NCBI GenBank assembly: GCA_964532285.1
Contig: CAZHHB010000002.1
Coordinates: 36,684-100,683, forward strand
DNA from: an uncultured Candidatus Saccharibacteria bacterium
GTDB taxonomy: Bacteria; Patescibacteriota; Minisyncoccia; Phycocordibacterales; PALSA-1337
DNA length: 64,000 nt
Direction of reading: 5' to 3'
Notes under the pieces: model-generated
Told to the model about the DNA's origin: nothing
Databases searched by the model: none
Seen by the model: the letters and a program-made list of their open reading frames with translations, nothing else
Shown: piece by piece, positions 29,381-39,762 of the stretch
Layout of the letters: each line of letters opens with the position of its first letter
How positions within the stretch are numbered: position 1 is the stretch's first letter
Made by a program: the position numbers and the translations under genes

Positions 29381-29484
29381 ATTATTATATAAACTTATAA
29401 ATCTGATTAACACCTCTAATTATACCCCATAAGATAGAAAGTACGGCAAGAGTATCTGTGGATTAGTATTATACTCTGTAAGAT

Positions 29485-29901
29485 CTAATCTGGAGTCAGA
29501 GGACCCGAATTGTTACTGGTAAAATCAGTACTAGGGAAACGGTCTCTGGGAACATTATTATTTGTCCCAAATGTATTAGTCAAGATATTCACCAAACCCC
29601 AGATAGATACAATGATGAATAGACCGACTATGCCCCAGAGGATATTCATACCGGCGGCTCCACGACCCTCTTCTCCCTTGCCCTTGATAAGATAGAAGAC
29701 TACATTGTATACAATAAATACAACCGCCAAGACCACGAGAATATAGATGACAACATCGGCAATACCGATGAATTTCGTCTTTAAATCCTCGAGATTGTTG
29801 ATCTGCTTCAATGGGCCCTGAACTTGAGTCGTTGCCTGAGCAAATGAGATCAATGGTATAAAAACCAGAACGGACAATATCGCTAATAGTTTATTTTTCA
29901 T
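29485..29901 (-). CDS. Small secreted two-TM protein, paralog 3 of 6 (VirB2/TrbC-pilin-like)
   Basis: Start at MKNKLLAILSVLVFIPLISFAQATT. The C-terminal half is identical to paralog 2 (…KGKGEEGRGAAGMNILWGIVGLFIIVSIWGLVNILTNTFGT). Confidence 0.5.
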   Translation of the reverse strand: MKNKLLAILSVLVFIPLISFAQATTQVQGPLKQINNLEDLKTKFIGIADVVIYILVVLAVVFIVYNVVFYLIKGKGEEGRGAAGMNILWGIVGLFIIVSIWGLVNILTNTFGTNNNVPRDRFPSTDFTSNNSGPLTPD

Positions 29902-29918
29902 ACGGATGATTGTTATTA

Positions 29919-30284
29919 TTAATTTGGAAAAATATTCTTCAAATTCGCCCAACTACCTGGAGTATTAGGACCGAGATTAAATGTCGCGGTAACGATATTC
30001 ACTAGACCCCACATTGATAATATGACGAAGAATCCAATCAGACTCCACATCAGATACTTGCCAGCCTCAGTACGACCATCACCACCTTCATTCGGCATGA
30101 TGAAATATTTTACGATATAAAATACAAACATCAACACTGCCACACCCATAAGAAGTAGTAGAGCCTGATTCAAATAACCAGCGATAGATCCTATGAGATC
30201 GGATAATTTCTTGGTCGTAGCCGCAAAAGAAATGAGTGGAGATGCAAGCGTTATCGCGGGAATGATGTATTTTATTTTTTTCAT
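29919..30284 (-). CDS. Small secreted two-TM protein, paralog 4 of 6 (VirB2/TrbC-pilin-like)
   Basis: 121 aa; signal peptide MKKIKYIIPAITLASPLISFAATT; loop PNEGGDGRTEAG between TMs. Confidence 0.5.
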   Translation of the reverse strand: MKKIKYIIPAITLASPLISFAATTKKLSDLIGSIAGYLNQALLLLMGVAVLMFVFYIVKYFIMPNEGGDGRTEAGKYLMWSLIGFFVILSMWGLVNIVTATFNLGPNTPGSWANLKNIFPN

Positions 30285-30308
30285 ATAATAAATTGGTTAT
30301 CTATTTAT

Positions 30309-30788
30309 CTATCTTAAAGCATCTCTAGAGCCCTGCATAACTTGCGGACTGACTGTGCCGGTAGCTTCAATGGTATTTATAATAACTTCCACCATCACGC
30401 GTGCACCTATGACCACAGCCACACCTATGGCTAGCCACATAAGTCTCTTGTGCTGTTCCGCGATCTTGGCGGCATTACCTTGTGCTGCATACATGATGTA
30501 CATGAAGCCTACATAGATGAACATCAGTACCGCTATCAGGATGACGACATAACTGAATATCTCTACAGCACTCTTCACAAGACCACCAACAGAATCAACT
30601 TTCAATGGGTTCTGTAAAGTGAAGGTTTGTTGGCTATTCGTATTTCCGCCAATAGTTCCACCATTAGGAGTATTGCCCCCAATCGTACCCGGACCTTCTT
30701 CTATCGCAAAAACAGGACTTGCCATAGAAACCGAGACCGCAAGAACCATCACGATAGCTAAAATAGTTTTTTTATTGAAATATTTCAT
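30309..30788 (-). CDS. Small secreted two-TM protein, paralog 5 of 6 (VirB2/TrbC-pilin-like)
   Basis: 159 aa; signal peptide ...SMASPVFAIEE, Gly-rich GTIGGNT repeats, two C-terminal TMs. Confidence 0.45.
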   Translation of the reverse strand: MKYFNKKTILAIVMVLAVSVSMASPVFAIEEGPGTIGGNTPNGGTIGGNTNSQQTFTLQNPLKVDSVGGLVKSAVEIFSYVVILIAVLMFIYVGFMYIMYAAQGNAAKIAEQHKRLMWLAIGVAVVIGARVMVEVIINTIEATGTVSPQVMQGSRDALR

Positions 30789-30796
30789 ATTTTTAT

Positions 30797-31315
30797 TTAC
30801 TTACCCAGAAGCGCTCCGAATCCCGATTTGCCTGTAAGCCAACTCAATACTTGGAAAACGATGAGCCAAGCTGACAGCATTATTATAAACCCTATGAGCA
30901 CTTTTTTGAAAACACTGTGGGCCTGAGTCAACTTGCCTGGATCTCCAGAGCCCGTGATGTATAGGAATCCCGCGTATGAGAAACCGAGTATAGCTACAAG
31001 AACACCAACGACAATAGCGATATTTATCAGATGTTGAACCTGCATCATCAGACCGTTGAAGTCACATGGAATGTAATCGTCTTTAAGTGGATATTTGTAT
31101 GAACCATTTAATTTCTCTGATGAGAATTCCTTGGTTACTGGATTATAATGCCCCGCACCATCTGGCCCATCGCAAACTACCAACTTGAAGCCTTTGTCGC
31201 TAATATCCGTCGTCGGCAACTGATCATTCAATGTCCTTGTTGTCTGTGCGTAAACATTTACGACTGGTGTCATCAATACAAACACACCTAGAACAGAAAT
31301 AAATATTCTCTGCAT
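30797..31315 (-). CDS. Small secreted two-TM protein, paralog 6 of 6 (VirB2/TrbC-pilin-like)
   Basis: Start at MQRIFISVLGVFVLMTPVVNVYAQTT; two C-terminal TMs with loop GSGDPGKLTQ. The ORF could extend to 31393. Confidence 0.45.
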   Translation of the reverse strand: MQRIFISVLGVFVLMTPVVNVYAQTTRTLNDQLPTTDISDKGFKLVVCDGPDGAGHYNPVTKEFSSEKLNGSYKYPLKDDYIPCDFNGLMMQVQHLINIAIVVGVLVAILGFSYAGFLYITGSGDPGKLTQAHSVFKKVLIGFIIMLSAWLIVFQVLSWLTGKSGFGALLGK

Positions 31316-31394
31316 CAAAACTTTATAACTTTCTATCCTTCGAGACTGAGAGTCTCTCAGGACCTGATCGGCTTTATAACTTTTTAACTTCATT

Positions 31395-32708
31395 TTATTG
31401 TCCGGCTTGTCTTAGAATAATATCATACTGCGCACCTGTATCTTGAAGCGCTTGATCTGCTGTCTTTTGTCCACTCGTTACAGAATCAACCATGGAACTC
31501 AAAAGATTCCTGGATTGTATCGGGTCAATATCGAGCCAGGTCTTGGCGATCAAAGCCGCCTGATTGAATATGGTTATGTAAGGATCGCTTGAACCCTGGG
31601 CGATTATATCATTGCGAACTGATGGTATATACATATCACTAGACAATGTCGCCAGATTTTGCGGTGAAGTTAAGATGGCGATAACCTGATATGAGGTATT
31701 CAGATTTTGTGAAGCGCGCACCAGAGAGAAGCCGTACATCTTGCCGTAAGCGGCACTCTTGTCACTACTGGTGCGGGATTGTGGCAGTGGAGCTACATCA
31801 AAGTTTAGGTTCTGGTTCTTGTTACGAATATCGGATAGTTCGGAAGCAAAACCGAAATATGTTGCCAAAGTTCCAGAGAGGAAAGCCGTTTTGTCATTTT
31901 GCATTCCCCTATTCCAAGAATAATTGACACTCAACGGATTGACAGCATCACTGAAGAATTTCAATGCCGGCGAAATGTTCACCGAGTCAGAGGTTTTTAG
32001 GGTGGACTGCATAAAGCCTTGATTATTCATAACTGTCACCCTGTTCCCTTTTTGCAAAAACAAAGAACCGAGCAATTCTCTGGCATTGGTTATGTTGCTA
32101 AAGTTCCCCATTGCCAAAGCTGTCTTCCTCAAATTGCCATTCTGGTCTTTGGAAGTAAGTTTCTGAATCAACCCCATATTTTGAGATGTGCCGGTGAATT
32201 CATCCCAGTACTTCGGGTAGCTGGCAATACCGGCGGCATTGAATGTATCTCTATTCCAATACATCACCAACGGATCAACTGTAAATGGTACCGCCAATAA
32301 CCCATCCGATGACATATACACATCCGCCTCATCTATATACGACTCCATGAATGTCCTCTGCGGCAAAGCAGAATAAGGTATAAACGTGAGTTTGTTTTGC
32401 TGTGGCAAGATCATATCAGCAGTGATGAGCAGGACATCCGGACCTTGTCCGAGAGCTAGAGCATTGACGAAATCGCGAGAGAGAGTGTCGGGCTTTTTCT
32501 CTACATAATTGACCGTAATTTGCTGTGCCAAAGAACTGTTGATCGTAGAAACATACTGTGTGAAAGTATTCGTTGGGAATGTCCCCCAAATAGTTATGGC
32601 TGGTAGATTCGGGTTGGAATTGCTACCTCTATATAATGCAAAACCCATCACACCGCCGATGATGCATAAAACGAATATTCCCAGGGTTATGATTTGAAAT
32701 TTTGACAT
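31395..32708 (-). CDS. Extracellular solute-binding protein family 1-like (membrane-anchored)
   Basis: 437 aa; N-terminal anchor, then an SBP-like core (DVLLITADMIL, LAVPFTVDPLVMYWNRDTF). No permease or ATPase gene is adjacent. Confidence 0.4.
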   Translation of the reverse strand: MSKFQIITLGIFVLCIIGGVMGFALYRGSNSNPNLPAITIWGTFPTNTFTQYVSTINSSLAQQITVNYVEKKPDTLSRDFVNALALGQGPDVLLITADMILPQQNKLTFIPYSALPQRTFMESYIDEADVYMSSDGLLAVPFTVDPLVMYWNRDTFNAAGIASYPKYWDEFTGTSQNMGLIQKLTSKDQNGNLRKTALAMGNFSNITNARELLGSLFLQKGNRVTVMNNQGFMQSTLKTSDSVNISPALKFFSDAVNPLSVNYSWNRGMQNDKTAFLSGTLATYFGFASELSDIRNKNQNLNFDVAPLPQSRTSSDKSAAYGKMYGFSLVRASQNLNTSYQVIAILTSPQNLATLSSDMYIPSVRNDIIAQGSSDPYITIFNQAALIAKTWLDIDPIQSRNLLSSMVDSVTSGQKTADQALQDTGAQYDIILRQAGQ

Positions 32709-32723
32709 TTTATTGTTTGCTTG

Positions 32724-32744
32724 CCAAGATCCGATCTTGGTATA
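32724..32744. repeat. 21-bp palindromic repeat unit (ccaagatccgatcttggtata), family P
   Basis: Consensus unit; one arm reverse-complements the other around a central C. Confidence 0.75.
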
Positions 32745-33260
32745 TTATCTCATAAAAACCATCCCGTAGTGATGATCGCCTGCGTCGAATGACTGATCGA
32801 GCTTGAAACCTGATTTCTCAAAGAGAACTCTTGCCGTTGTCGCCGGAACTGTATGTTTCGGACTAAGATTGGAGACTTCACTCCAATCGATCAGGAGAAC
32901 CTTGCCGTCTGGTTTCAATATCCTCTTGATTTCTAGGACGAAACTGTCGGGTTTTTCTATCTGCGAAAGGACATTGGAAGCAATGACCCTGTCAGCGATC
33001 CCTTCACGGAGTTTCGTTCCACCAATCTTCTCGGCATTACCCCAGATCACTTCTATATTACGGAGTCCTTGATTGGCTCCAGCAGAGCGAAGACGCTCCA
33101 GAAGATCCTTCTGGACATCGACAGCATATACACGACCGCTTGTACCGACCCTCTTGGCAGTTTCAAAAGAATAGAAGCCAGAACCAGCCCCTAGGTCAAC
33201 CACTCTCATACCATCATTGATACCCAATTTGGCTAGATTTGAGGATGGATCAGAAAACAT
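32745..33260 (-). CDS. Class I SAM-dependent methyltransferase
   Basis: 171 aa; motif I VVDLGAGSGFYS; acidic residue after beta-2 (AVDV). Confidence 0.75.
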   Translation of the reverse strand: MFSDPSSNLAKLGINDGMRVVDLGAGSGFYSFETAKRVGTSGRVYAVDVQKDLLERLRSAGANQGLRNIEVIWGNAEKIGGTKLREGIADRVIASNVLSQIEKPDSFVLEIKRILKPDGKVLLIDWSEVSNLSPKHTVPATTARVLFEKSGFKLDQSFDAGDHHYGMVFMR

Positions 33261-33331
33261 GATGTAATTATAACACTTCGTTACACTCAGTGCCTCCGGT
33301 ATGTGGGGACAAAGTTACAAAACGTAACCAC

Positions 33332-35809
33332 CTACAAACAAATGAGCGAAGCCAACGAATCCCCTTCCCTGAGTTTCATAACTCTAACGCCTTGTGTAGA
33401 TCTGCCCAGCTTTGGTATTTCCTTGAGATCAACACGGATGACCTGACTCTTCTTGGACATGGCCACAGCCTCTTCTACATCATCAGTCACAACTTTTGCA
33501 GCTATAAGAGATCCCGTCTTGGCAGTAATATTCATAGTGAGTATTCCGGAACCGCCGCGATTCTGGGTCTTGTATTCGGAGAGACTGGTTTTCTTGCCAT
33601 AGCCATTTGCTCCCATGACGAATAGAGCGGGATTCTTGGCATCTGGAGAGACAATATCAGCAGAGATGACGGCGTCTTTGTCCAACTTGATAACACGCAC
33701 ACCACCGGCATTCCTCCCCATCTCTCTGACATCACTTTCTTTGAATCTTATAGACTGACCTTCTCTGGTCGCAATGACTATCTCATCTTTTGAACTGATG
33801 AAAGAAGCAGATATGAGTTCATCACCGTCATCTAGTGATATCGCGATGAGTCCAGAACGACGTACATCCTTGAAATGTTTTGCTGAAGTCTTCTTGCCGG
33901 TACCATCTTTTGTAACCATCATGAGAGACAGACCTTCGGCCTCTTTCTTATTCCTTGGCATAGGCAAAATGGAAGTTATGCGTTCATTTTCCGCCAAAGA
34001 AAGGAAATTCATGACCGACTTGCCCTTGGTAGCACGACGACCTTCGGGAATATCATACATTTTGATCTGATATGCCTTGCCTTTGTCTGTGAAGAAAAGC
34101 AGATCGTTGTGAGTAGTAGCGAAAACTAGATGTGTGATGAAGTCCTCCTCCTTTGTATCCAGATCAACCACACCAACCCCACCACGCTTCTGTTGGCGAT
34201 ATTCATCAGGATTGGTACGCTTGATATAGCCGCCTTTTGTGAGAATAAGGACTGACTCTTCATCTGCAATGAGATCTTCTGGATTGAAATCTTTGACACC
34301 GTGTTTGACGATCTTGGTCCTACGGTCATCGCCGTATTTTTCGCGAATCTCTTTCAATTCATCTTTGATAATACCTCTGACTTTCTTTTCGCTGGCCAAA
34401 ATTTCCTTGAGTTGACCGATGAGCTCTTGAACTTCTTTCAATTCATCTAAAACCTTTTTGCGCTCCAGACCAGCAAGTCTCTGCAACTTCATCTCCAAAA
34501 TAGCGGTGGCTTGTTTGTCACTAAACTTGAATTTCTTTATCAAATTGGCATGTGCCTCTACTGCATCTTTGGAAGCGCGGATGAGAGAGATGATCTCGTC
34601 TATGTGATCTAGGGCTTTCTTGAGACCAAGGAGAATATGTTCACGATCTTCGGCTTTGGTTAGGTCGAACTGTGTACGACGACGAACAACGGTGATGCGA
34701 TGTTTGACGAATTCTTCCAAGATCGATTTCAAAGACAGTGTATGTGGCACTCCATCTACGAGAGCGACGGTGTTTACATGGAAAGCATCCTCTAACTGCG
34801 TGTGTTTGTAAAGAAGATTGAGAACTTTTTCTGGATATGAACCTTGTTTGAGATCAATAACAATGCGGAGATCGTGATCGGATTCGTCACGGAGACCCTT
34901 GACTCCTTCTATAACTTTCTCGCGGACAAGATCAGCCATACGGATGATGAGATCAGACTTGTTCACTCTATAAGGAATAGAAGTGATGATGATTTGATAT
35001 TGACCCTTCTTGTCCTCCACTATCTCTGCTTCTCCACGGACGACGATACCTCCGCGCCCTGTAGCATAGGTATGGTTAATGTCTTTCTCACCATACATCA
35101 CAGCACCGGTCGGGAAATCAGGACCCTTGATGAATTGTAAGAGGTCTTCGGTAGTAGCGTCTTTGTTGTCTATTAGATGGACGGTAGCATCAACTACTTC
35201 ACGGAGATTGTGCGGAGCGATATTGGTGGCCATACCGACAGCGATACCGAGAGTGCCATTCAATAAAAGGTTCGGCACAGCGGTCGGAAGTACAATAGGC
35301 TCTTTGCGAGTACCATCATAGTTCGGCCTGAAATCTACTGTATCTTTGTCTATATCACGGAGGAGTTCGGCGGACAGACGAGACATCTTGGCTTCTGTAT
35401 AACGCATAGCGGCGGCAGGATCTCCATCTAGGTTACCAAAGTTTCCTTGACCTTGAACGAGCTGGTATCTCATAGAAAAATCCTGAGCCATCTTGACCAT
35501 GGATTCGTAAACAGCGGCGTCACCGTGTGGGTGGTAGTTACCGAGAACATCTCCGACGACCACGGCAGACTTACGGAACTTGGCTTGGAAAGTGAGACCT
35601 TTTTCATGCATGGCGAAGAGAATACGACGATGAACGGGTTTCAAACCATCACGAACATCAGGTAGAGCGCGGGCAGTGATAACTGACATGGCGTAGTCGA
35701 GATATGACTCACGCATCTCTGTTGTAATGTTGCGCGAGACAACGCCCGCACCATCGCGAGCGTTTACTTTGTCTGTGTTTGTTTTCTGTTCGCCGGGTTT
35801 TCTAGCCAT
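33332..35809 (-). CDS. gyrA: DNA gyrase subunit A
   Basis: 825 aa; [25 protein letters not shown] and the active-site Tyr region, with C-terminal beta-pinwheel repeats. Confidence 0.9.
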   Translation of the reverse strand: MARKPGEQKTNTDKVNARDGAGVVSRNITTEMRESYLDYAMSVITARALPDVRDGLKPVHRRILFAMHEKGLTFQAKFRKSAVVVGDVLGNYHPHGDAAVYESMVKMAQDFSMRYQLVQGQGNFGNLDGDPAAAMRYTEAKMSRLSAELLRDIDKDTVDFRPNYDGTRKEPIVLPTAVPNLLLNGTLGIAVGMATNIAPHNLREVVDATVHLIDNKDATTEDLLQFIKGPDFPTGAVMYGEKDINHTYATGRGGIVVRGEAEIVEDKKGQYQIIITSIPYRVNKSDLIIRMADLVREKVIEGVKGLRDESDHDLRIVIDLKQGSYPEKVLNLLYKHTQLEDAFHVNTVALVDGVPHTLSLKSILEEFVKHRITVVRRRTQFDLTKAEDREHILLGLKKALDHIDEIISLIRASKDAVEAHANLIKKFKFSDKQATAILEMKLQRLAGLERKKVLDELKEVQELIGQLKEILASEKKVRGIIKDELKEIREKYGDDRRTKIVKHGVKDFNPEDLIADEESVLILTKGGYIKRTNPDEYRQQKRGGVGVVDLDTKEEDFITHLVFATTHNDLLFFTDKGKAYQIKMYDIPEGRRATKGKSVMNFLSLAENERITSILPMPRNKKEAEGLSLMMVTKDGTGKKTSAKHFKDVRRSGLIAISLDDGDELISASFISSKDEIVIATREGQSIRFKESDVREMGRNAGGVRVIKLDKDAVISADIVSPDAKNPALFVMGANGYGKKTSLSEYKTQNRGGSGILTMNITAKTGSLIAAKVVTDDVEEAVAMSKKSQVIRVDLKEIPKLGRSTQGVRVMKLREGDSLASLICL

Positions 35810-35875
35810 AAATCAAAAAGGAATCTCTTCCTTAATTGCTTACATTATAGCAGAAAAGGGGTGAAGATTCCAGTA

Positions 35876-35913
35876 CAAGATCGGATCTTGGTATACCGAG
35901 ATCGGATCTTGGA
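35876..35913. repeat. Inverted pair of family P palindromic units (acaagatcggatcttggtata / taccgagatcggatcttgga)
   Basis: Two units in tandem. They are translated as PRSDLGIPRSDL in the spurious ORF 35832-36152. Confidence 0.75.
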
Positions 35914-35920
35914 TAACCCC

Positions 35921-36220
35921 CTACTTCTTCCCCGCCCTCACTTCCACACTTGAGTAAATAACTTTCTTGGGACCGAATAGTAAATCCTTGATATCTGAAA
36001 CAAAAGTTCCGACGCCAGCAATGAGGGATTGTGCTGGGGTGCCAGCTTTGTTGACGGTAGTCTTTACCACTACCTTCGAAGTCTGACCGAGAGTTGTGAC
36101 TGAACCGATCCAGAAAGCGAAAATGATAGCGGTTAGACCGAATGATGTCCAAAAAGCATATCGCTTGCGAACATGCTCTGGTTTCGCACGGAGATTTTCT
36201 AAACTAGTCTGAAATGACAT
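35921..36220 (-). CDS. Small membrane protein, hypothetical
   Basis: 99 aa; TM (FWTSFGLTAIIFAFWIGSV) upstream of gyrA. Confidence 0.35.
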   Translation of the reverse strand: MSFQTSLENLRAKPEHVRKRYAFWTSFGLTAIIFAFWIGSVTTLGQTSKVVVKTTVNKAGTPAQSLIAGVGTFVSDIKDLLFGPKKVIYSSVEVRAGKK

Positions 36221-36232
36221 GACTATATTGTA

Positions 36233-36865
36233 CTACTCTTTCTCCAGCACAACAATCTCTGCATCTTTGCCTTCTAGGTCTTTCTTCTTCAGAGTGAGCT
36301 TGGTCTCAGGCTTCGGGTTTTCGCCAGCTTCTTTGAGGAAAAGTTTCAGAGCATCTTTATTACCAAGGTCTCCGTAGTGTATCGGGATGATTATCTTTGG
36401 CCCTATTGAAACAGCCAATTTGTAAGCTCCGGCAGGATTCAAGACTCCTTCTCCACCTATCGGTACGAACAAGATATCCACATCATCAATAGCTTCGTCG
36501 GCCTCTTTTGGTAATTCAACAGAATTCACGGCACCTAGAAAACAAATATTCATACCCTCTAGGTTCACACTAAAAATAGTATTTATGCGCTTTTCTTTGT
36601 CATATTCAGTCTCTGATGATAGGCCTTTGATGAAGACACCCCTCACTTCGTATTCACCTGGACCATTGATCACAAAGGGTTTCTTCTCTCCGAATATGAC
36701 TTGATCGACACCATTCATATCTACATGGTTCAAGCTGGACAAAACGATGTCTGCACCGAATTTTGCAGTCTTCAATTTTGAATCCTTGGAAACAGGATTG
36801 AATGCGAGAATGGTGTCGCCAAATTGCACTTTTACAAATTCGCCTCCGAGATAAGTGATGATCAT
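36233..36865 (-). CDS. MBL-fold metallo-hydrolase
   Basis: 210 aa; beta-lactamase-like fold signatures (…HVDMNG…, …IPIHYGD…). Confidence 0.6.
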   Translation of the reverse strand: MIITYLGGEFVKVQFGDTILAFNPVSKDSKLKTAKFGADIVLSSLNHVDMNGVDQVIFGEKKPFVINGPGEYEVRGVFIKGLSSETEYDKEKRINTIFSVNLEGMNICFLGAVNSVELPKEADEAIDDVDILFVPIGGEGVLNPAGAYKLAVSIGPKIIIPIHYGDLGNKDALKLFLKEAGENPKPETKLTLKKKDLEGKDAEIVVLEKE

Positions 36866-36976
36866 AGTGCGGTAATAGTAGCAAAACTAGGCACTTTTTG
36901 TAACTTGACTTTTGTACTTAAGTATGCTATCATGGTATTAGGTAGAAACAATCAACAACACAGAACATTAAAACCT

Positions 36977-37378
36977 ATGCGCAAACGAAGAATATTACTA
37001 GTAGACGATGACGGTGACATACGGAGCATGGTCAGAAAGCTCCTGGAAGTGATCGCCGGTGGGGCGACTATCGTCGTGGAATGTTCCACCTTAATCGAGG
37101 CGCTCAATGCCCTCGCGGAGAGTGTGACCAGCGGAAATCGGTTCGACTTGGTCATAACGGACTTCCAAATCCCCGCCGGCAAAGAAGGCGGAGATATTGC
37201 CCGGGCTGTCAAGGAACTTTCACCTTCAGTTCCCGTCATCATTATGAGCGGGAACATGGAAGGGGTCCTCAAATCGGAAGCGCCCGCGGACTTCATCTTG
37301 TCCAAACCATTTGAGTTCAGGGCGTTTGCCAATACGGTTACCAAGGGCTTTGAAATCGCCCAGGTCTCCTCCTCGTAG
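36977..37378 (+). CDS. Single-domain response regulator (CheY-like receiver), GC-rich orphan
   Basis: Start at MRKRRILLVDDDGDIRSM; conserved acidic pocket DDD, phospho-acceptor in LVITDFQIP, and K in SKPF. GC is about 55% against a low-GC background. Confidence 0.7.
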   Translation: MRKRRILLVDDDGDIRSMVRKLLEVIAGGATIVVECSTLIEALNALAESVTSGNRFDLVITDFQIPAGKEGGDIARAVKELSPSVPVIIMSGNMEGVLKSEAPADFILSKPFEFRAFANTVTKGFEIAQVSSS

Positions 37379-37406
37379 GATTACTCTACGAAAAACAACA
37401 CCTCAC

Positions 37407-37440
37407 CGCACAGCTTCAAGCTATGCGGTGATTTATTTTA
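37407..37440 (+). terminator. Terminator-like hairpin caccgca...tgcggtg followed by a T-rich run
   Basis: caccgcacagcttcaagctatgcggtg followed by atttatttta. Confidence 0.5.
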
Positions 37441-37483
37441 TACCAAGATCCGATCTCGGTATACCGAGATCGGATCTTGGTAG
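37441..37483. repeat. Inverted pair of family P palindromic units (taccaagatccgatctcggta / taccgagatcggatcttggta)
   Basis: 42-bp composite palindrome immediately after the terminator. Confidence 0.8.
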
Positions 37484-37601
37484 ACACCGCCCCATTTCCA
37501 TGCTAGATTCCTATTACACGGCAAGGGCCGTTTTTAATAGTCTCGCGTAACCCCGCAATTATTTATTAATCGTTAAAAAGCGGAACGGAGACACACATAA
37601 C

Positions 37602-38924
37602 ATGTTTAAAAAACTTAAAGAGACATTGACTGGACACAAAGAGAGTTCACCAGCTATAGAGGATCACAAATCAGAGAAAGTTAAAGAGGTAGAAGAGATG
37701 ACAGCGCCAAAAAATGACGCTGTTGAAGCTTCACCAGTTGCACCAAAGGTCGCAAAAACTTCAAAGAAAACTGCTACACTCAAAACTCCGCGCACAGCTG
37801 AGCAGATTGCCGCTACTCCGAAGAATAAAGGCGATCTAGAGATGACTGATGAACAGAAAGAGACTGTCATGGGCAAACTCATTGCTAGCATGAAGAATCC
37901 CCCTATCATTGGCGACTTGGTAGAAGGACCAGTTATCGCAATCGAGAAATCATCTGTCTATGTAGACCTCGCTCCATTCGGAACAGGTATCATATATGGT
38001 CGTGAATTCCTCGTTGCTCGCGACATTATAAAGAAAGTAAACATCGGAGATGTCATCGCCGCCAAGATCGTAGATACCGCTCACAAAGAAGGCTATTACG
38101 AACTATCACTCAAAGAAGCTCGCCAGGCTCTCATTTGGAATGAGGCTGAAGTCGCTATAAGAGAAAAGAAGGTCCTCGACCTCCCTATCAAAGAAGCAAA
38201 CAAGGGCGGATTGCTTATAGAATGGCAAGGTATTGTTGGTTTCTTGCCAGCTTCACAGCTCAAGACCGAACATTATCCTAGAATTTCCGATGGAGACAAA
38301 GACAAGATATTGGATGAGCTCAAGAAGCTCGTCGGTACTCGTCTCAATGTAGCCATCATCACTGCTGATCCAAAGGAAGGTAAATTGATATTCTCCGAAA
38401 AGGGTTCAGAATTCAAAGAAAAAGAAAAGATCGTCAGCAAATACGAGATTGGCGATGAAGTAGACGGAACAGTTACCGGTATCGTAGATTTTGGTGTCTT
38501 CGTCAAACTAGAAGAAGGACTGGAAGGCCTCATCCATATCTCCGAGATAGATTGGGGTCTAGTAGATGATCCTAGAAACTTTGTAAAAGTAGGGTCAAAG
38601 ATCAAAGCCAAGATCATAGAGATCAAGGATGGCAAGATTTCCCTATCACTGAAACAACTCAAGACAAATCCTTGGACAGAAGCTGCGAAGAAATACAAGA
38701 AAGATATGCCTGTTACAGGAGTCATCATCAAGTTCAATAAGCATGGCGCCCTGGCTTCCATAGAAGAAGGTGTTGCAGGACTCATACATGTATCTGAATT
38801 TGGTTCAGAAGAAAAACTCCGCAAGGCTCTAGAATTGGGCAAGACTTACGATTTCAAGATCACTCTATTTGATCCAAAGGAACAGAAGATGGCGTTATCT
38901 TACGCAGGGGCAGTTAACAAGTAA
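37602..38924 (+). CDS. rpsA: 30S ribosomal protein S1
   Basis: 440 aa; K/A-rich N-terminal extension followed by four S1 (OB) repeats (GDVIAAKIV..., GTVTGIVDFGVFVKL, GVIIKFNKHGALASI). Confidence 0.8.
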   Translation: MFKKLKETLTGHKESSPAIEDHKSEKVKEVEEMTAPKNDAVEASPVAPKVAKTSKKTATLKTPRTAEQIAATPKNKGDLEMTDEQKETVMGKLIASMKNPPIIGDLVEGPVIAIEKSSVYVDLAPFGTGIIYGREFLVARDIIKKVNIGDVIAAKIVDTAHKEGYYELSLKEARQALIWNEAEVAIREKKVLDLPIKEANKGGLLIEWQGIVGFLPASQLKTEHYPRISDGDKDKILDELKKLVGTRLNVAIITADPKEGKLIFSEKGSEFKEKEKIVSKYEIGDEVDGTVTGIVDFGVFVKLEEGLEGLIHISEIDWGLVDDPRNFVKVGSKIKAKIIEIKDGKISLSLKQLKTNPWTEAAKKYKKDMPVTGVIIKFNKHGALASIEEGVAGLIHVSEFGSEEKLRKALELGKTYDFKITLFDPKEQKMALSYAGAVNK

Positions 38925-38940
38925 GAATATTTTAAGAGTC

Positions 38941-39095
38941 TGGCGATACGTCTTCGAGACAGCCGAGGACCTGTTTGAGCGCAGTAGAAATTGCTTGGTA
39001 AAAGGCGAATGTCGTTGGAATTGTTTACAATTCCTGAGCCTTTTACCTAGCAATTTCACGAAGCGAGTTCCGCAGGCTGGCGAGAGGACGTATCA
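38941..39095. repeat. Copy B of ~150-bp palindromic element (family L), opposite orientation to copy A; locus-specific IR tggcgatacgtc / gacgtatcacca
   Basis: About 90% identical to the reverse complement of copy A, between the convergent genes rpsA and pth. Confidence 0.8.
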
Positions 39096-39109
39096 CCAGA
39101 CTCAAAAGA

Positions 39110-39703
39110 TCATCCGGCGTTAAATACACTCATAGCCTTTTCTCTGCCCTCTTTGATCAACATCACGATTGCTTCCGTGACGCTTTTTGATACCTTCTTC
39201 AGGATCTTCAATTCTTCATCTTTGAATTTGCCGAGAATGAACTTCTCTATCTTGTCATCGCCATGCGGAGTCTTTGCTACACCCTTGGCGTTAGCTGGGG
39301 AGGTACCGATCCTAATCCTCACGAAAGCCTCTGTCTTTACAGCTTTGATAATAGACTCCACGCCATTGTGTCCGCCTGAACTGCGGTTGTAAGACAACTT
39401 CATACGACCAAGTGGCAAATTGAAATCATCATAAATAACTATCAATTTCCCGGCGGCTTTGACATTTTTGACCAAGAGACCAACAGACTTGCCGGAATTA
39501 TTCATAAATGTTTCTGGCGCAATCATCACTACTTTCTCTTGACCGATCTTCCCTTCTGCAAATTGCGCATTCAGCTTTTTATTAAATGAAAATTCCCCAG
39601 CGTATTCTTTACGGACAGCTTCAAGAACCATTCTACCAGTATTGTGGCGTGTACTATCATATTCCGCTCCGGGATTTCCCAATCCGACTATTATATAAGG
39701 CAT
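39110..39703 (-). CDS. pth: Peptidyl-tRNA hydrolase
   Basis: 197 aa; MPYIIVGLGNPGAEYDSTRHNTG signature. Confidence 0.9.
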   Translation of the reverse strand: MPYIIVGLGNPGAEYDSTRHNTGRMVLEAVRKEYAGEFSFNKKLNAQFAEGKIGQEKVVMIAPETFMNNSGKSVGLLVKNVKAAGKLIVIYDDFNLPLGRMKLSYNRSSGGHNGVESIIKAVKTEAFVRIRIGTSPANAKGVAKTPHGDDKIEKFILGKFKDEELKILKKVSKSVTEAIVMLIKEGREKAMSVFNAG

Positions 39704-39762
39704 ATTGGAAGTATAAGTGTAAATTTGGAGAAAAACAACTTTCGCGCTATAATGGCTCCACT

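Noticed and set aside
35832-36152. ORFs 35832-36152 and 37311-37550 containing the PRSDLGIPRSDL peptide
   Set aside because: The peptide is simply the translation of the family P palindromic repeat pair. The ORFs span intergenic repeats and are not coding.
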